From: Candidatus Latescibacterota bacterium
Lineage (GTDB): Bacteria; Latescibacterota; UBA2968; UBA8231
DNA: 64,000 nt
Reading direction: 5' to 3'
Assembly (NCBI GenBank): GCA_965248265.1
Contig: CBDFJF010000002.1
Coordinates: 3,872,001 to 3,936,000, forward strand
Part shown: positions 1 to 10,672 of the stretch, in pieces
How positions within the stretch are numbered: the first letter of the stretch is position 1
How the letters are laid out: each line of letters opens with the position of its first letter
Translations under genes and position numbers: made by a program
Notes under the pieces: model-generated
Database searches by the model: none
What the model was told of the DNA's origin: nothing
The model's input: the letters and a program-made list of their open reading frames with translations, nothing else

Positions 1-1
1 C

Positions 2-1399
2 GCCATCGTCCAGTTCACCCCGCAAAGACCCGGAACCTACACATTCTTCCTGACGGTGACCGCGGACGGGCAGGTCAGTACAGCTGATTCGGTCACCATA
101 ACCGTCCTCGACGTGGACAACAGCGCTCCCGTGGCTGACGCCGGGCCCGATCTGGGGTTTCCCCTCGATGCAATCATTTTTCTGGATGGCAGCGCCAGCA
201 GCGACGACGACGGTGATTCGCTGTCTTTTGTGTGGCGTTTGACCTCCGGTCAAGGAACTGTAACCCTGCTGGATTCTACCGCCGTCCAGACCAGTTTCAC
301 CGCAACCGTTGCCGGCGACTATGTTTTTGTTCTATTGGTCAGCGACTCGCTGCTAACCGTCAGCGACGACGTCACGATCAGCCTGTCGGCTGCCGACAAC
401 ATCCGCCCGATCGCCGTTGCCGGCGCCGATACGGTAGTTACTGTAGGTTCCGAGCTTGTCCTGGACGGATCCGCGAGTTCGGACCCCGACGGCGACGACG
501 GGAGCCTGGTGTACGCGTGGACGATTTCGGGACCAGCCGGGGTGCAGGTTACGCTCTCTGATCCCACCAGCCAGACGCCCTCGTTCACACCGCCTGAAGA
601 AGGCGAGTACGTCGTCGCCTTGACTGTCACCGACACCAAAGACCTGGTGAGTTTGCGGAATCAGATAACCGTCCATGCACAGGCCCAGATCTACGAGAAA
701 AGAGGCGGGATGATCGAGATTCCGGCCGGGCCGTTCGTGATGGGGACCATCGACGGGCTGGCCGACGAACGTCCCCCGCATACCGTCAGCGTCTCCACAT
801 TCTGGATCGATGAATTCGAGGTGACCGCCTCACAGTACCAGGTCTGCGTCGACGCCGGAAGCTGCGACGAGGCGGGGCTCGACGTTGGATGTAACGCCAA
901 TCTTCCTGGCCTGGGTGAACACCCGATCAACTGCGTGGAATGGTCGCAAGCTTCGAACTTCTGCTCGTGGGCAGGCAAGAGATTGCCGAGGGAAGCCGAA
1001 TGGGAAAAGGCCGCCAGGGGCACGGATGAACGCCGCTTCCCGTGGGGCCACACGGCACCCCAACCCAACCAGCTCAATTACAACGACCTGTTTGGCTCGA
1101 CCGTGGAGGTCGGTCTGTATGACGATGGCATCAGCTTCTATGGCCTCCACAACATGGCGGGCAACGTCCAGGAGTGGACGGCCGACCACTACGCCTCTGA
1201 CTACTACAGCATCGAACCGACCCCGCCGGACCCCCAGGGACCAGCCACCGGGGATTTCCGAGTGGTCAGAGGTGGCAACTGGAAACTGAAGATCAACCTG
1301 GGGGACGCGCTGTTTACGACGACGATACGAGGAAGATTCAGGCCGGATGACAGCGAGAACACGGTCGGCTTTCGCTGTGCCCGAAGCGATCCTCCCTGA
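2..1399 (+). CDS. PKD/Ig-repeat + formylglycine-generating-enzyme (SUMF1/FGE-sulfatase) domain protein, 5' end outside window
   Basis: Repeated PxAxAGxD..LDGSxSxDxDGD PKD motifs; FGE motifs FxMG, RLPREAEWEKAARG, NMAGNVxEW, RGG-W, GFRCA; frame open to the window edge. Confidence 0.9.
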   Translation, partial: AIVQFTPQRPGTYTFFLTVTADGQVSTADSVTITVLDVDNSAPVADAGPDLGFPLDAIIFLDGSASSDDDGDSLSFVWRLTSGQGTVTLLDSTAVQTSFTATVAGDYVFVLLVSDSLLTVSDDVTISLSAADNIRPIAVAGADTVVTVGSELVLDGSASSDPDGDDGSLVYAWTISGPAGVQVTLSDPTSQTPSFTPPEEGEYVVALTVTDTKDLVSLRNQITVHAQAQIYEKRGGMIEIPAGPFVMGTIDGLADERPPHTVSVSTFWIDEFEVTASQYQVCVDAGSCDEAGLDVGCNANLPGLGEHPINCVEWSQASNFCSWAGKRLPREAEWEKAARGTDERRFPWGHTAPQPNQLNYNDLFGSTVEVGLYDDGISFYGLHNMAGNVQEWTADHYASDYYSIEPTPPDPQGPATGDFRVVRGGNWKLKINLGDALFTTTIRGRFRPDDSENTVGFRCARSDPP

Positions 1400-1437
1400 T
1401 ACGATCATGAGACGCATAATGAGACGACGTGAGTTCG

Positions 1438-1812
1438 ATGACTGAAAGCGACACACAGGTTCTCGTCGTCGATGACGACGAGCAAGTTCGCGCGTTTCTG
1501 ACAAAAGTGCTGGAGCGGGAGGGCTACCTGATACTGCCTGCCGGCGACGCCGGCAAGGCCCTTGACGTCCTGGATCGCAACGATATTGATCTCGTCCTGC
1601 TCGATCTCCACATGCCCGGCCCCGCGGATGGAGAGGACTTGCTATTCCTGCTGCGGGACAGGGGCGATGATGTACCCATCATCATTGTGTCTGGCTTCGT
1701 CGATGACGAAACTACGGACCACCAGCCAGACTGCGTTCACGCCGTGTTGAAGAAACCCGTTCGCATCGAGGCCTTGGTTGCCAAGGTCCGGGAGGTCCTG
1801 GCTCTGTCCTGA
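1438..1812 (+). CDS. Single-domain response regulator (receiver)
   Basis: VLVVDDD, LLDLHMPG phosphoacceptor, IIVSG, KP motif. Confidence 0.9.
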   Translation: MTESDTQVLVVDDDEQVRAFLTKVLEREGYLILPAGDAGKALDVLDRNDIDLVLLDLHMPGPADGEDLLFLLRDRGDDVPIIIVSGFVDDETTDHQPDCVHAVLKKPVRIEALVAKVREVLALS

Positions 1813-1988
1813 GCCTCGTGGCGAATGTGCTCCCGGTCACGTTCAGGGACGTTGCCGGAGCCGTTATTTTGCGTATCTTCGCCATACCTCCTCCACGGGA
1901 CTCTTACAGCCCGGCAGCATATTCCCGATCAGTATTTCCACAGATACAAAGCGAAGGTGAGCTGAAGGAGCAGAGAGGTCTATCTGCC

Positions 1989-4319
1989 ATGCAATCTCTA
2001 ACAGCCCACATAGCCGAACCTGCTGGCGTGAATCGTCGCCGCTGGCCGATCACTGCAGGCGTCCCTTTTGCCCAGGGTGAGATCCGATCTGGCGACCAGA
2101 TCAGACTCGAGTGTGACGGACAACCGGCCCCGTGCCACTGGGACGTGCGCGCCCGATGGCCCGACGGCTCGGTACGTTGGACGTTGCTAGACACTCAGGT
2201 GGATGTGGCAGCCTCCTCGCGCACCGAATGCGTGATCCATTACGGCGCTGACGTCTCACCGGCACCCGAAACGGAGCCTTCCCCGCTGCAGGCAACCGAG
2301 ACTGAGGACACGATCGACATCGACACCGGCGTCGCCAAGATTTCCATCGGCCGCCGCGGACAACAGCTCTTCGCCGCCCTCTCAGTCGGAGGTCAGGCGC
2401 TGCTGGGAGACGGATCGAAGCCTCAGCTGATTGCGACTGCCAGCTCATGCACGTCACCTCTGCATGCGGAAATCGAGGACGCGATCATCGAAGAGCACAA
2501 TACCGTGCGGCTGGTTGTGCGCGTCCGCGGCCACTACGTGAGTCAAGGTGCTCCGTCATTTGGCTGGACCGTGAGGATGCATTTCTTCCTGAATCACAGC
2601 CATGTCAGAGTGTACCACACGATCCTCCACGACGACCCGACGCACCAGACGATAACGCTCAACTCACTTCGGCTATCGCTACCACTGCAACTGGATAAGC
2701 CTCGAACAGCCCTTGTGGGTTCCCTTGCCCCGACAGAGAATCCGTGTGGCCCCCGTCGAGACCGCAATCCTGCAGCGCACGAACTGAGCGCGCCCATCGG
2801 GCTATTGCAGACTCAACCACAACATCACCAGGTCTCGGGCATGGTCCCTGACGGCCAAGGTGTGCAGGAGAGAGAGGACAACTGCTTCGGGTGGATTCAT
2901 CTATCTGATCGAAGAATCGGTGTGACCATCAAGCTGATTCGGCCCTGGCAGAATGGGCCAATGGCGCTGTCTACCGATGGCTCGAACCTGGATCTGCACC
3001 TCTATCCGGACCTTGGCCAGCCCGGACTTACAGCCATGGGATCCACCTCCATGTCCGGCGTGAAACTCCCACAGGGAATCGCCAAGACACACGAACTGGC
3101 ACTCCATGTTGGCCCACCATGCGCGCAGTTTCTAGCCGCGGACCGCATAGCCATTGGGCTCGAGTATCCCCTTTTGTTGTCGCTGCCTGGCGAGCATTGG
3201 GCCGAAACCGGTGTTTTTGGATCGTTCCAGATTGTTGCGGAAGATTGCTGGCCCCTCGAAGCGAAACTGCGCACCTGGTCACGAGTGCCCTCCGACCTCG
3301 GCTTTCTTGAGTTTGGTGGTTGTGCAGATCCGAGCGAGCAGAGGTTTGGGCTGGTCCGTTCTCTGTTGTTGCAATACCTGCGCTCTGACGACCAATCCCT
3401 GTTCTGGCGAACTCAAGCGCTACTCTTCCACGAGATGGATGCGGGAACATGTCATTTTCACGCCGATCATCCCGAGTGGATCGGCGGCCCGTATCGGCCT
3501 GATCAGATTGGTTCCTCGGCACTGAGTGCAGAATTCGCCCGAGTGGACGGCTTGATCGATTTTTATTTCCTCACTGGGTACCGTCGCGCCTACGAAGTAG
3601 CCGAGTCCTGCGCTGACTTCTGCAGGCGCAATGCCCCCTATGACTGGCGAGAGGAGCTCGACGACAGCGCCGATTCTGGCAGCGCCGATTCTGGCGCTGG
3701 CATCAGCGGTTTCGGCGCCCTGGCGACCGTGGGAAACGCCTTGAACGCGATGGGAACCTTCTTCGCCGCCTTCCCGGAAGAGCGCTTCCTGCGTTCAATG
3801 GAAGCCCTCGTCGATCTGCTGGAAGCATGGCAGGACGCCGATGGGCGCTGGAGTCACCCGATCGGTCTCCACAGAAATGGCGCAGAGCCCGCCCTCACAG
3901 CCTCGGTGCTCGAGGGGCTTTCTCAATACAACGCGGCCTCAGGTGATGAGCGCGCCCGACGCATGGCCACCGATGGGGCCATGTACCTGGTGCATCACGG
4001 CCGGACGGCTGAGGGGCTCTTCTTCCGGCAGCAATCCCCTGCTGATCTTCGCCCGTGTGCGCGCTCACTGGCGCTGCTGCCGGCGCTGAGCGAAACCTTC
4101 GAACGCACTGGTGACTCCGAGTTGTTGGATGCCGGTCTGAGAGTATTCCGCTGGGCCATTCACCACGATCTCGTCACCGCTGCCCACCTCAAGGATCTGA
4201 TTGCCTTCATGCCTGTGTTGGAAAATCTGAAGCTTCTGGAGGAGTTCCGCGCACCCATTAGCGCAGTGGATCGCATGCGCGAACCCTGGCCACACTCGGT
4301 CGTATCCGGGGACCACTAG
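1989..4319 (+). CDS. Large hypothetical protein, exo-rhamnogalacturonan lyase (PcRGLX/YetA)-like architecture
   Basis: PITAGVPF..G and RWPDGSVRW N-terminal motifs, C-terminal alpha/alpha barrel-like YFLTG; start codon uncertain. Confidence 0.6.
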   Translation: MQSLTAHIAEPAGVNRRRWPITAGVPFAQGEIRSGDQIRLECDGQPAPCHWDVRARWPDGSVRWTLLDTQVDVAASSRTECVIHYGADVSPAPETEPSPLQATETEDTIDIDTGVAKISIGRRGQQLFAALSVGGQALLGDGSKPQLIATASSCTSPLHAEIEDAIIEEHNTVRLVVRVRGHYVSQGAPSFGWTVRMHFFLNHSHVRVYHTILHDDPTHQTITLNSLRLSLPLQLDKPRTALVGSLAPTENPCGPRRDRNPAAHELSAPIGLLQTQPQHHQVSGMVPDGQGVQEREDNCFGWIHLSDRRIGVTIKLIRPWQNGPMALSTDGSNLDLHLYPDLGQPGLTAMGSTSMSGVKLPQGIAKTHELALHVGPPCAQFLAADRIAIGLEYPLLLSLPGEHWAETGVFGSFQIVAEDCWPLEAKLRTWSRVPSDLGFLEFGGCADPSEQRFGLVRSLLLQYLRSDDQSLFWRTQALLFHEMDAGTCHFHADHPEWIGGPYRPDQIGSSALSAEFARVDGLIDFYFLTGYRRAYEVAESCADFCRRNAPYDWREELDDSADSGSADSGAGISGFGALATVGNALNAMGTFFAAFPEERFLRSMEALVDLLEAWQDADGRWSHPIGLHRNGAEPALTASVLEGLSQYNAASGDERARRMATDGAMYLVHHGRTAEGLFFRQQSPADLRPCARSLALLPALSETFERTGDSELLDAGLRVFRWAIHHDLVTAAHLKDLIAFMPVLENLKLLEEFRAPISAVDRMREPWPHSVVSGDH

Positions 4320-4341
4320 GCGGAAGGGAGCGTAGATTCTC

Positions 4342-5364
4342 ATGTGGCTCGGAGTATTCGCCGTTATCGTAGCCGTCAGCTTCGCCCTGATCAAGTTTCT
4401 GACGGGTGTACACTGGCGCCGGCTGCGAGAACGCCAGGCACGTCTACAGGCCGACTTGAACAAGAATCGCCTGAGGTTGCAATCACTCGACGGTACACTA
4501 CAGGTTGAGCGCGGCCGCAAAGGCGCAATCGAGCAGAAACTGAAACTGGGTCGCCGTTTCAAGGATGAACTCTATCACCGGCTGCGCCTAGAGCTCCCGG
4601 GCCCGCTCGTCAGCGAAGCGCAAAATTGTATCAACCACAACCCAATCCCCCAACCTCGGGGAGTTCGACTGTTTCACGAACTCAAAATCGCCGACAAAAT
4701 CGCCAAGACCCTGCAGTCCATGGCCGTCGGCTTGTTCGAGTTTTCGATCCCCGACGAAGACACGCGCTCAAATTTGATGGATGCCTTCATCGAAATGCTG
4801 GATGAGGCTGAAGTGTCCTACATCCGGGGTAAGCCTGGTCAGGAGGATGCCAGTGCCTCCCTGCTTGAAGAGCACGCGATCGTCTGCGCCTTCGACCATG
4901 CCACCACGTGCATGGAATTGACCAGAGCCTTCATCCAGAAAGCCGGCGGTGATGTGGTCGGTCAGGTGCGGGCCATGTTGCTGGCGGGGGTGAACACCAG
5001 CCGGCATGCCGACGACGACGTCAGTCGCCTTTTCGCCCGCGCCCTGGATCACGCCCTCGAGTTCATCGCGCGCTCGCCGGACGGTTCACTGTTGATGAAC
5101 GCTGTCGCCTATGAGGATCTCGGTGACACCGCGGATGGCGTGGAATTGTTCGACAAGGCAGAGCAACTGTACGTATTCGCGTGGCAGGCCCTGCAGGAAG
5201 AGACCGAGTCGGCCGAATCGGAGGAGACGGCCTCCGGGGAAGAGGTGGTTCCAGAGGGCGAAATCGAGGAGTCGGAGTCGGAGTCAGAGGCAACGGTCAC
5301 CGAGCAAACTGATGTTGACACGGACGTTGACACGGACGTTTCCACGGAGGAGGAAAGGCCCTGA
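4342..5364 (+). CDS. Membrane-anchored coiled-coil protein with possible degenerate nucleotide-cyclase-like domain and acidic tail
   Basis: N-terminal TM helix, coiled coil, RBS GGAG, overlaps next gene (TGATG). Confidence 0.65.
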   Translation: MWLGVFAVIVAVSFALIKFLTGVHWRRLRERQARLQADLNKNRLRLQSLDGTLQVERGRKGAIEQKLKLGRRFKDELYHRLRLELPGPLVSEAQNCINHNPIPQPRGVRLFHELKIADKIAKTLQSMAVGLFEFSIPDEDTRSNLMDAFIEMLDEAEVSYIRGKPGQEDASASLLEEHAIVCAFDHATTCMELTRAFIQKAGGDVVGQVRAMLLAGVNTSRHADDDVSRLFARALDHALEFIARSPDGSLLMNAVAYEDLGDTADGVELFDKAEQLYVFAWQALQEETESAESEETASGEEVVPEGEIEESESESEATVTEQTDVDTDVDTDVSTEEERP

Positions 5365-5657
5365 TGTCTGCATTTTACACCATCGTCATGATTGCCTTCG
5401 CCAGTTTGAGTGTCGTCACGCTCTTCAGCCATCTGGTGCGAATCAACGAAGCCAAAGAAGGCATCAACGAACTACGTGACGGCATAGAAAAAGAGGAGGA
5501 GCGTATTGCCATCATTCAGGCCGAGATCAAGGACCTCCGCTTTGATTCCCAGATACTCGATGAGGAACGCGTAGCGGTCGAAAAACAGACAGAGTGTATG
5601 CTCAAGGTCGAGGAGAAATACACCCGACACCGGGAGCGCACCGAGGGCAGGCAGTAG
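5364..5657 (+). CDS. Small membrane-anchored coiled-coil protein
   Basis: TM helix plus heptad-rich region; translationally coupled to the upstream gene. Confidence 0.7.
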   Translation: MSAFYTIVMIAFASLSVVTLFSHLVRINEAKEGINELRDGIEKEEERIAIIQAEIKDLRFDSQILDEERVAVEKQTECMLKVEEKYTRHRERTEGRQ

Positions 5658-5666
5658 GCGCTGAGT

Positions 5667-6593
5667 ATGGAACATGCGCTGGGTGAAGAGCTGCTGCAGG
5701 CCCACGTCGAAGTTGCGCTGCGAGAGGACCTCAACAGCGACTCTCTGGATGATGGCGCGGCCGATCTGACGACGTCGTTATTGATTCAGCCTTCTGCTCC
5801 CAGCAGCGCCCTGATCGTAGCCAAAGAGAGCGGTATTCTAGCTGGCACCCTGCTGGCGGAGGCCGTATTTCGCCGACTGGATCCGAAGGTTCACTGCGAG
5901 ATTATCAAGGCGGACGGGAACGCGGTTGGGCCAGGAGCGACCGTCATGACCATGACCGGTTCCGCGGGACCCCTGCTCACCGGAGAACGCACGGCACTGA
6001 ACTTTCTCCAGCATCTTTCCGGAATCGCCACCTGTACCCGAGGTTTCGTCGAGGCCATTGCCGCCAGCCCAGGGACACGAATCACAGACACTCGAAAGAC
6101 GACCCCAGGACTCCGACTCCTTGAAAAATACGCTGTCACCCAAGGCGGAGGAGTCAATCACCGCATGGGCCTATACGATGCCGTGCTGGTGAAGGAGAAT
6201 CACGCAGCCGAATCTGGCGGAGTGGCGGAGGCCATCAGGAAGGTGCGTTCACAAGAACGCGATTCGAACGTGAATGTCGTACGTGTAATGGTCGAGGCCA
6301 GACACCTCACCGAGGTCGAAGCCTTGCTCGCCCTCGAAATATCCGAACGTCCCGACCGCATTCTGTTGGACAACATGCCGCCGGTTGCCCTTGCTGAAGC
6401 GGTTGCCCTTATTCGCGCCACCGACGCAGGTCACATCGAGATCGAGGCGACCGGTGGCGTCGACCTGGACACTGTGGCTGAGATCGCGGCTACTGGAGTG
6501 GATTTGATTTCAGTAGGCACCCTCACCCACTCAGCTCCCGCCCTTGACCTGAGCCTGCTGTTCGAATCCGTGGACGAAAAGGTCAACGGCTAA
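5667..6593 (+). CDS. nadC: Nicotinate-nucleotide diphosphorylase (carboxylating)
   Basis: ERTALNFLQHLSGIAT, DTRKTTPGLR, NHRMGLYD, LLDNM, ISVGTLTHS. Confidence 0.97.
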   Translation: MEHALGEELLQAHVEVALREDLNSDSLDDGAADLTTSLLIQPSAPSSALIVAKESGILAGTLLAEAVFRRLDPKVHCEIIKADGNAVGPGATVMTMTGSAGPLLTGERTALNFLQHLSGIATCTRGFVEAIAASPGTRITDTRKTTPGLRLLEKYAVTQGGGVNHRMGLYDAVLVKENHAAESGGVAEAIRKVRSQERDSNVNVVRVMVEARHLTEVEALLALEISERPDRILLDNMPPVALAEAVALIRATDAGHIEIEATGGVDLDTVAEIAATGVDLISVGTLTHSAPALDLSLLFESVDEKVNG

Positions 6594-7624
6594 CGAAAAG
6601 CAGGTCGGACTGGCTGCGATCCTTTCGTTGCCGATTTGGTTGCCGCTTCCAGTACACCGATGACGCGCGATGACGACTCCGGGGTCACCGACAACCTTGC
6701 TCGTCCCTGTATGTGGCGGCAAACATTTCGGTAGTAGATTTCTGCGCCTTCGTTGGGCGCGTCCGAGGACAGCTCAGCGTTCATCTGACGACCGTTTACC
6801 AGGCTGTTGACGACGTAAGTCTTGCGATCCCACGATTCGATCGCGCCCTGTTCGCCCAGGATCCGCCACTGCGGTCTTGGAGCCATGCTCATCCCGGATA
6901 TGGTGACTGTGGCTTCGCAACCTCTCTTAAACTTCACGGTGACCTCCGAGTGATCATCGTTGGTGTAGCCCTTCCACTGCCTGTTCTTTACCTGAAAACC
7001 GCTGACCCAGTCTATGTCGTCTGAAACCAGCTGCAGCACCCAGTCGACGAAATGGGCACCCCAGTCGTACATGTTGCCGCCCGAAATCTTGCGGTCTGAG
7101 CGCCACCAATCACGCTGCATACCGTACCGGTGGAAGCCGCAATCGATGCGGAACACACGACCAACCAGTTTCTCCTTGCAGACCAGGTCCTTCAACAGCA
7201 GGAAATCGGGGTCCCAGCGACGGTTGTGGAAGGTTGACAGCATCACCCGCCGGCGGCGCGCCATGGCCAGCATGGCCTTGCACTGGGCACTCGTGATCGC
7301 CATCGGCTTCTCTGTAACCGTGTTCACCTTGGCGTCCAGGCACTGGGTTACGAGCTTGGCATGCGTGTTGTGAGGCGTGATCACGGCGACGAGGTCAAGA
7401 TCGGCGTGTCTGAGCATGTCACCAACCCGCGAATATAGCGCGGCTTGAGGCCAATCTTCGGCGGCGACTTCCAGCCGTGCCGGATCGAGTTCGCAGACGG
7501 CGGCTACCTCCATCCGTGGATTCAACGACATCATACTCAGATGCGCCCTGCCCATGTTGAAGGCACCTCCGTAGCCGATGACTCCACAGCGATACGTCCT
7601 GCCCTTGCTCCCCACACTCTTCAT
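6590..7624 (-). CDS. Gfo/Idh/MocA oxidoreductase
   Basis: GVIGYG, TPHNTH, EKPMA, HNRRWD, GGNMYDWGAH. Confidence 0.93.
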   Translation of the reverse strand: MKSVGSKGRTYRCGVIGYGGAFNMGRAHLSMMSLNPRMEVAAVCELDPARLEVAAEDWPQAALYSRVGDMLRHADLDLVAVITPHNTHAKLVTQCLDAKVNTVTEKPMAITSAQCKAMLAMARRRRVMLSTFHNRRWDPDFLLLKDLVCKEKLVGRVFRIDCGFHRYGMQRDWWRSDRKISGGNMYDWGAHFVDWVLQLVSDDIDWVSGFQVKNRQWKGYTNDDHSEVTVKFKRGCEATVTISGMSMAPRPQWRILGEQGAIESWDRKTYVVNSLVNGRQMNAELSSDAPNEGAEIYYRNVCRHIQGRARLSVTPESSSRVIGVLEAATKSATKGSQPVRPAFR

Positions 7625-7739
7625 CTGCGCACTCTCCTTGATCGATTCACTCGTACAACTTTTCTTGATGCGAGCGGGCCAAGCCTACTTAACCCATTGA
7701 CGAGAGTCAATCGACACCCACTACATACAGCTGCCACGC

Positions 7740-8606
7740 ATGAAACTATCCTGTACCAGTGTCATGTTGCCGCGATGGACCCTTGAAGAGACCTTCGACA
7801 AGCTGGCTGAACACGGCTACGACGGCATCGAGCTGCGCTGTCGCTACAATCCGGCGAAGACGAGCGACACCCCATCGTCCAGGTCCTTCTGGGGACCACA
7901 CCGGTGTGACATCGATCCTGACAACATCGTCACGCGCTCGTCGGAAATTCGGGACGCGGCCGCTCGAACAGGCGTGCGTGTCGTCGCACTTGCACCTCAA
8001 TGCAGACTGGGCGAGGATGAGCATTTCGGCAAGCTGCTGGCCGGCGCTGTGGCCATCGATCCGAATGCTCCACCGATGATTCGAGTGCAGGCGTTGCCCT
8101 ACGATCGCAACCAGCCGTACTCGCCGCAGTTCGATGACGCACGCGCCGGATTCGCTCGAATCGCCGAAGCCGCGGGTAAGGAGGGCGTCCGTGTCCTCTA
8201 CGAAATTCACGCCGGAACCCTTGCCGTGACGGCATCAAGAACCGTCGAACTGCTGCGTGATCTCGATCCCGTGACGATCGGTGCTATTTACGACGTACCC
8301 AACATGGTGGTCACCGGCTTGGAGGACACTCGTATGGGACTCGAACTCCTCGGTCCCTACCTCGCCCACTGCCACATCGGCAACCGCAAACCGGTTGGAA
8401 ACAGAGACGCCAGCGGCGAGTCCATGGAGTGGAAATGGGAATTCTGCGGATTAACCGAGGGACTCGCTCCGATCAAACAGATCATCGAAGATCTCAAGGT
8501 GATCGGGTATGGCGCATGCCTGTCCCTCGAGGACTTCGGTCCAGGTGACGACGAGGAAAAAATCCGTGACCAGGGGGCTTATTTGCGAAGGCTCATGAAC
8601 GCATGA
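7740..8606 (+). CDS. Sugar-phosphate isomerase/epimerase (AP endonuclease 2 TIM barrel)
   Basis: GYDGIELR, YEIH, YDVPN, HCH, SLE metal ligands. Confidence 0.88.
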   Translation: MKLSCTSVMLPRWTLEETFDKLAEHGYDGIELRCRYNPAKTSDTPSSRSFWGPHRCDIDPDNIVTRSSEIRDAAARTGVRVVALAPQCRLGEDEHFGKLLAGAVAIDPNAPPMIRVQALPYDRNQPYSPQFDDARAGFARIAEAAGKEGVRVLYEIHAGTLAVTASRTVELLRDLDPVTIGAIYDVPNMVVTGLEDTRMGLELLGPYLAHCHIGNRKPVGNRDASGESMEWKWEFCGLTEGLAPIKQIIEDLKVIGYGACLSLEDFGPGDDEEKIRDQGAYLRRLMNA

Positions 8607-9445
8607 TCAACGCGTACAGATCCTCGGTCTTCGCGGTAGCAGTATTCCTCACCTGTGGTCTGGCTGGCTGCTCCGCCGTACGTCAGACGTTGGGCATGAG
8701 CCTGGTCCCGGTCGAAACCGAAATCAAGCTGGGACGAGAGCTCGCGGCTCAAATCGAAAGCCAGCAGCGCTTGCTTCCCGACGAGGCCATCCAGCAGTAC
8801 GTCAACGATATCGCCCTGCCGTTGTTGCTCGCCAGCCGCGCCGACCGCTCGGACCTGCGCTACCACATCGCCGTACTCGACGATCCCAAGCAGGTCAATG
8901 CCTTCGCGCTGCCTGGTGGCTTCATTTACGTCTATTCTGGTTTGTTGCTGTTCGCTCACAACGAAGCGGAGGTTGCCGGCGTGCTGGCGCACGAAATCGG
9001 CCATGTCGTCGGTCGTCACTCAGCCAACAGCCTGGCGACCCAGATGGGCATGGGAGCGCTGCTGAGTCTTGCGCTGGGGCAGGCACAGGATGAACTGGCT
9101 GAGGCCGCCGCGCAGATGGCCGGCGCAGGTACCCTTGCCGCTTTCAGCCGAAAGGACGAACGTGAGGCTGACCGTTACGGGGTCGCCTACACGGTAGCTG
9201 CGGGATATCATCCGCGCGGACTTGTGACCTTCTTCACTCGGTTGATGCATGCTGAGGGGGGGTCTTCTTCGTACCGGACGTCGTACGAAGTACTCATGTC
9301 ATCCCATCCCGCCACCTCCGAGCGTATTCGGGACGTTGAGCGTCTCATCGCCAGCACCGGAGTTACATCCGGGCGTACGGAACAGGAACGCTTCGATGAC
9401 ATTCGCTCACGGCTGCAACGCGGCTACCGGGTACGATCGCCTTAG
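8603..9445 (+). CDS. M48 family metallopeptidase, lipoprotein
   Basis: LAGC lipobox, NAFALPGG, HEIGH, EREAD, SHP. Confidence 0.93.
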   Translation: MINAYRSSVFAVAVFLTCGLAGCSAVRQTLGMSLVPVETEIKLGRELAAQIESQQRLLPDEAIQQYVNDIALPLLLASRADRSDLRYHIAVLDDPKQVNAFALPGGFIYVYSGLLLFAHNEAEVAGVLAHEIGHVVGRHSANSLATQMGMGALLSLALGQAQDELAEAAAQMAGAGTLAAFSRKDEREADRYGVAYTVAAGYHPRGLVTFFTRLMHAEGGSSSYRTSYEVLMSSHPATSERIRDVERLIASTGVTSGRTEQERFDDIRSRLQRGYRVRSP

Positions 9446-9542
9446 CAGCAACTCAAGTTTGTGAAGCACAATAGAAACGGGCGCGATGGCTGGTTCCCAA
9501 ACCCACCACGCCGTCTGCTGAGACGTTACCACCAAGGTGATG

Positions 9543-10446
9543 CTACTTCAGAGAATAGCCCCTCACCTTGTCCTTGTGCTCGACCACCAACAGATCGTCG
9601 GTCACCAGGTAGAACTCCCCTACCACATCCTTGTCCGCCCACTTGACCTCTCCGGTCTTGCCGTCGATGCCGTGAAAGCCCTTGCAGGCGTAAACGATGT
9701 CGTCGTTGGCGCCTACGAAGATGGGATCGAACTGCAGATTCTTCTGGTCGTTGTCGTACTTCCATTGGTGCGTCCAGACGAGGGTCCCGTCCTTGTCAAC
9801 GCGGATGATCGCCTTGTCGCCGAAGACGATGAAATGCCCGCCGCGATTTTCGGCCCGCAGGATACGACGCGGATCCGACCAGGTCGTCGTCGTCGTCGAC
9901 CCGAAGCCGCTGAAAGTGCTCTTTTCACCTTGACGGCCCAGGCCTTGTCGCCAGCAGCTTGGAGCTAGGCGCCACCGGCAGTGACCACTTCTCCTCACCG
10001 GTTTCCGGGTCCAGGAGCATGAAGTTGTTCTTGATCTGAAACACCGCACCGTAGTCGGTCTCCCAGTACCGGTCGACGTTCTTGAACTTCAGGTTGCTGA
10101 GCTCCTTCGACCACGCAACTTCGCCTGTCGGAATATCGAGACGAGCGACTCCTTTCTTGGTCGAATACAGCAGGAACCGATCTTCCCATTTCAACGTGAA
10201 TTTGCCGTCGTACTCCGGCAGCTCCTTGTGTTTCCAGATCAGCTCTCCGGTGCGGGCATCGTGCAGTTCACGCCCTTTCTTTATGCTGAACCAGACGTAT
10301 TTCTCGTCGACGATATCGGTCCAGCTCTGGCCTTTCATCTTGAACTCGTAGAGCTGATCAGCTCCATCCGCGTCAGCGGCCGCCGCTCCAGTCAGCAATG
10401 CCAGGCAGATTACTCCGAAAACCAGCTGTGCGATCTTCAAGGTCAT
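9543..10446 (-). pseudogene. PQQ-like beta-propeller secreted protein split into two frames
   Basis: ORFs 9925-10446 (signal peptide, DxxTGExxW repeats) and 9543-10049 (same repeats) change frame near 9945-9960. Confidence 0.7.
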
Positions 10447-10672
10447 ATCCCTCCGTTGAGGTCAAAAAGCGGGTGCATTTTGGGGGCAGAAAAGATATAA
10501 ATCTAGGGGATTTCAGACAATCCAAGGAGCATGCCTGTTGCCACTTCCGATTCAGTAACAAGGAAGGCACTGACCCCTCACAATCGGGCTCACTGAGGTG
10601 ATCTGACGTAAGCAATGGTTTTTTTATATGTTATGGCCAATTCTACCACGCTGGCCCGACACGCGACTCGGC

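Noticed and set aside
3665-3696. 15-bp tandem repeat (SADSG x2); also 12-bp repeats near 5311-5348
   Set aside because: In-frame low-complexity linker duplications
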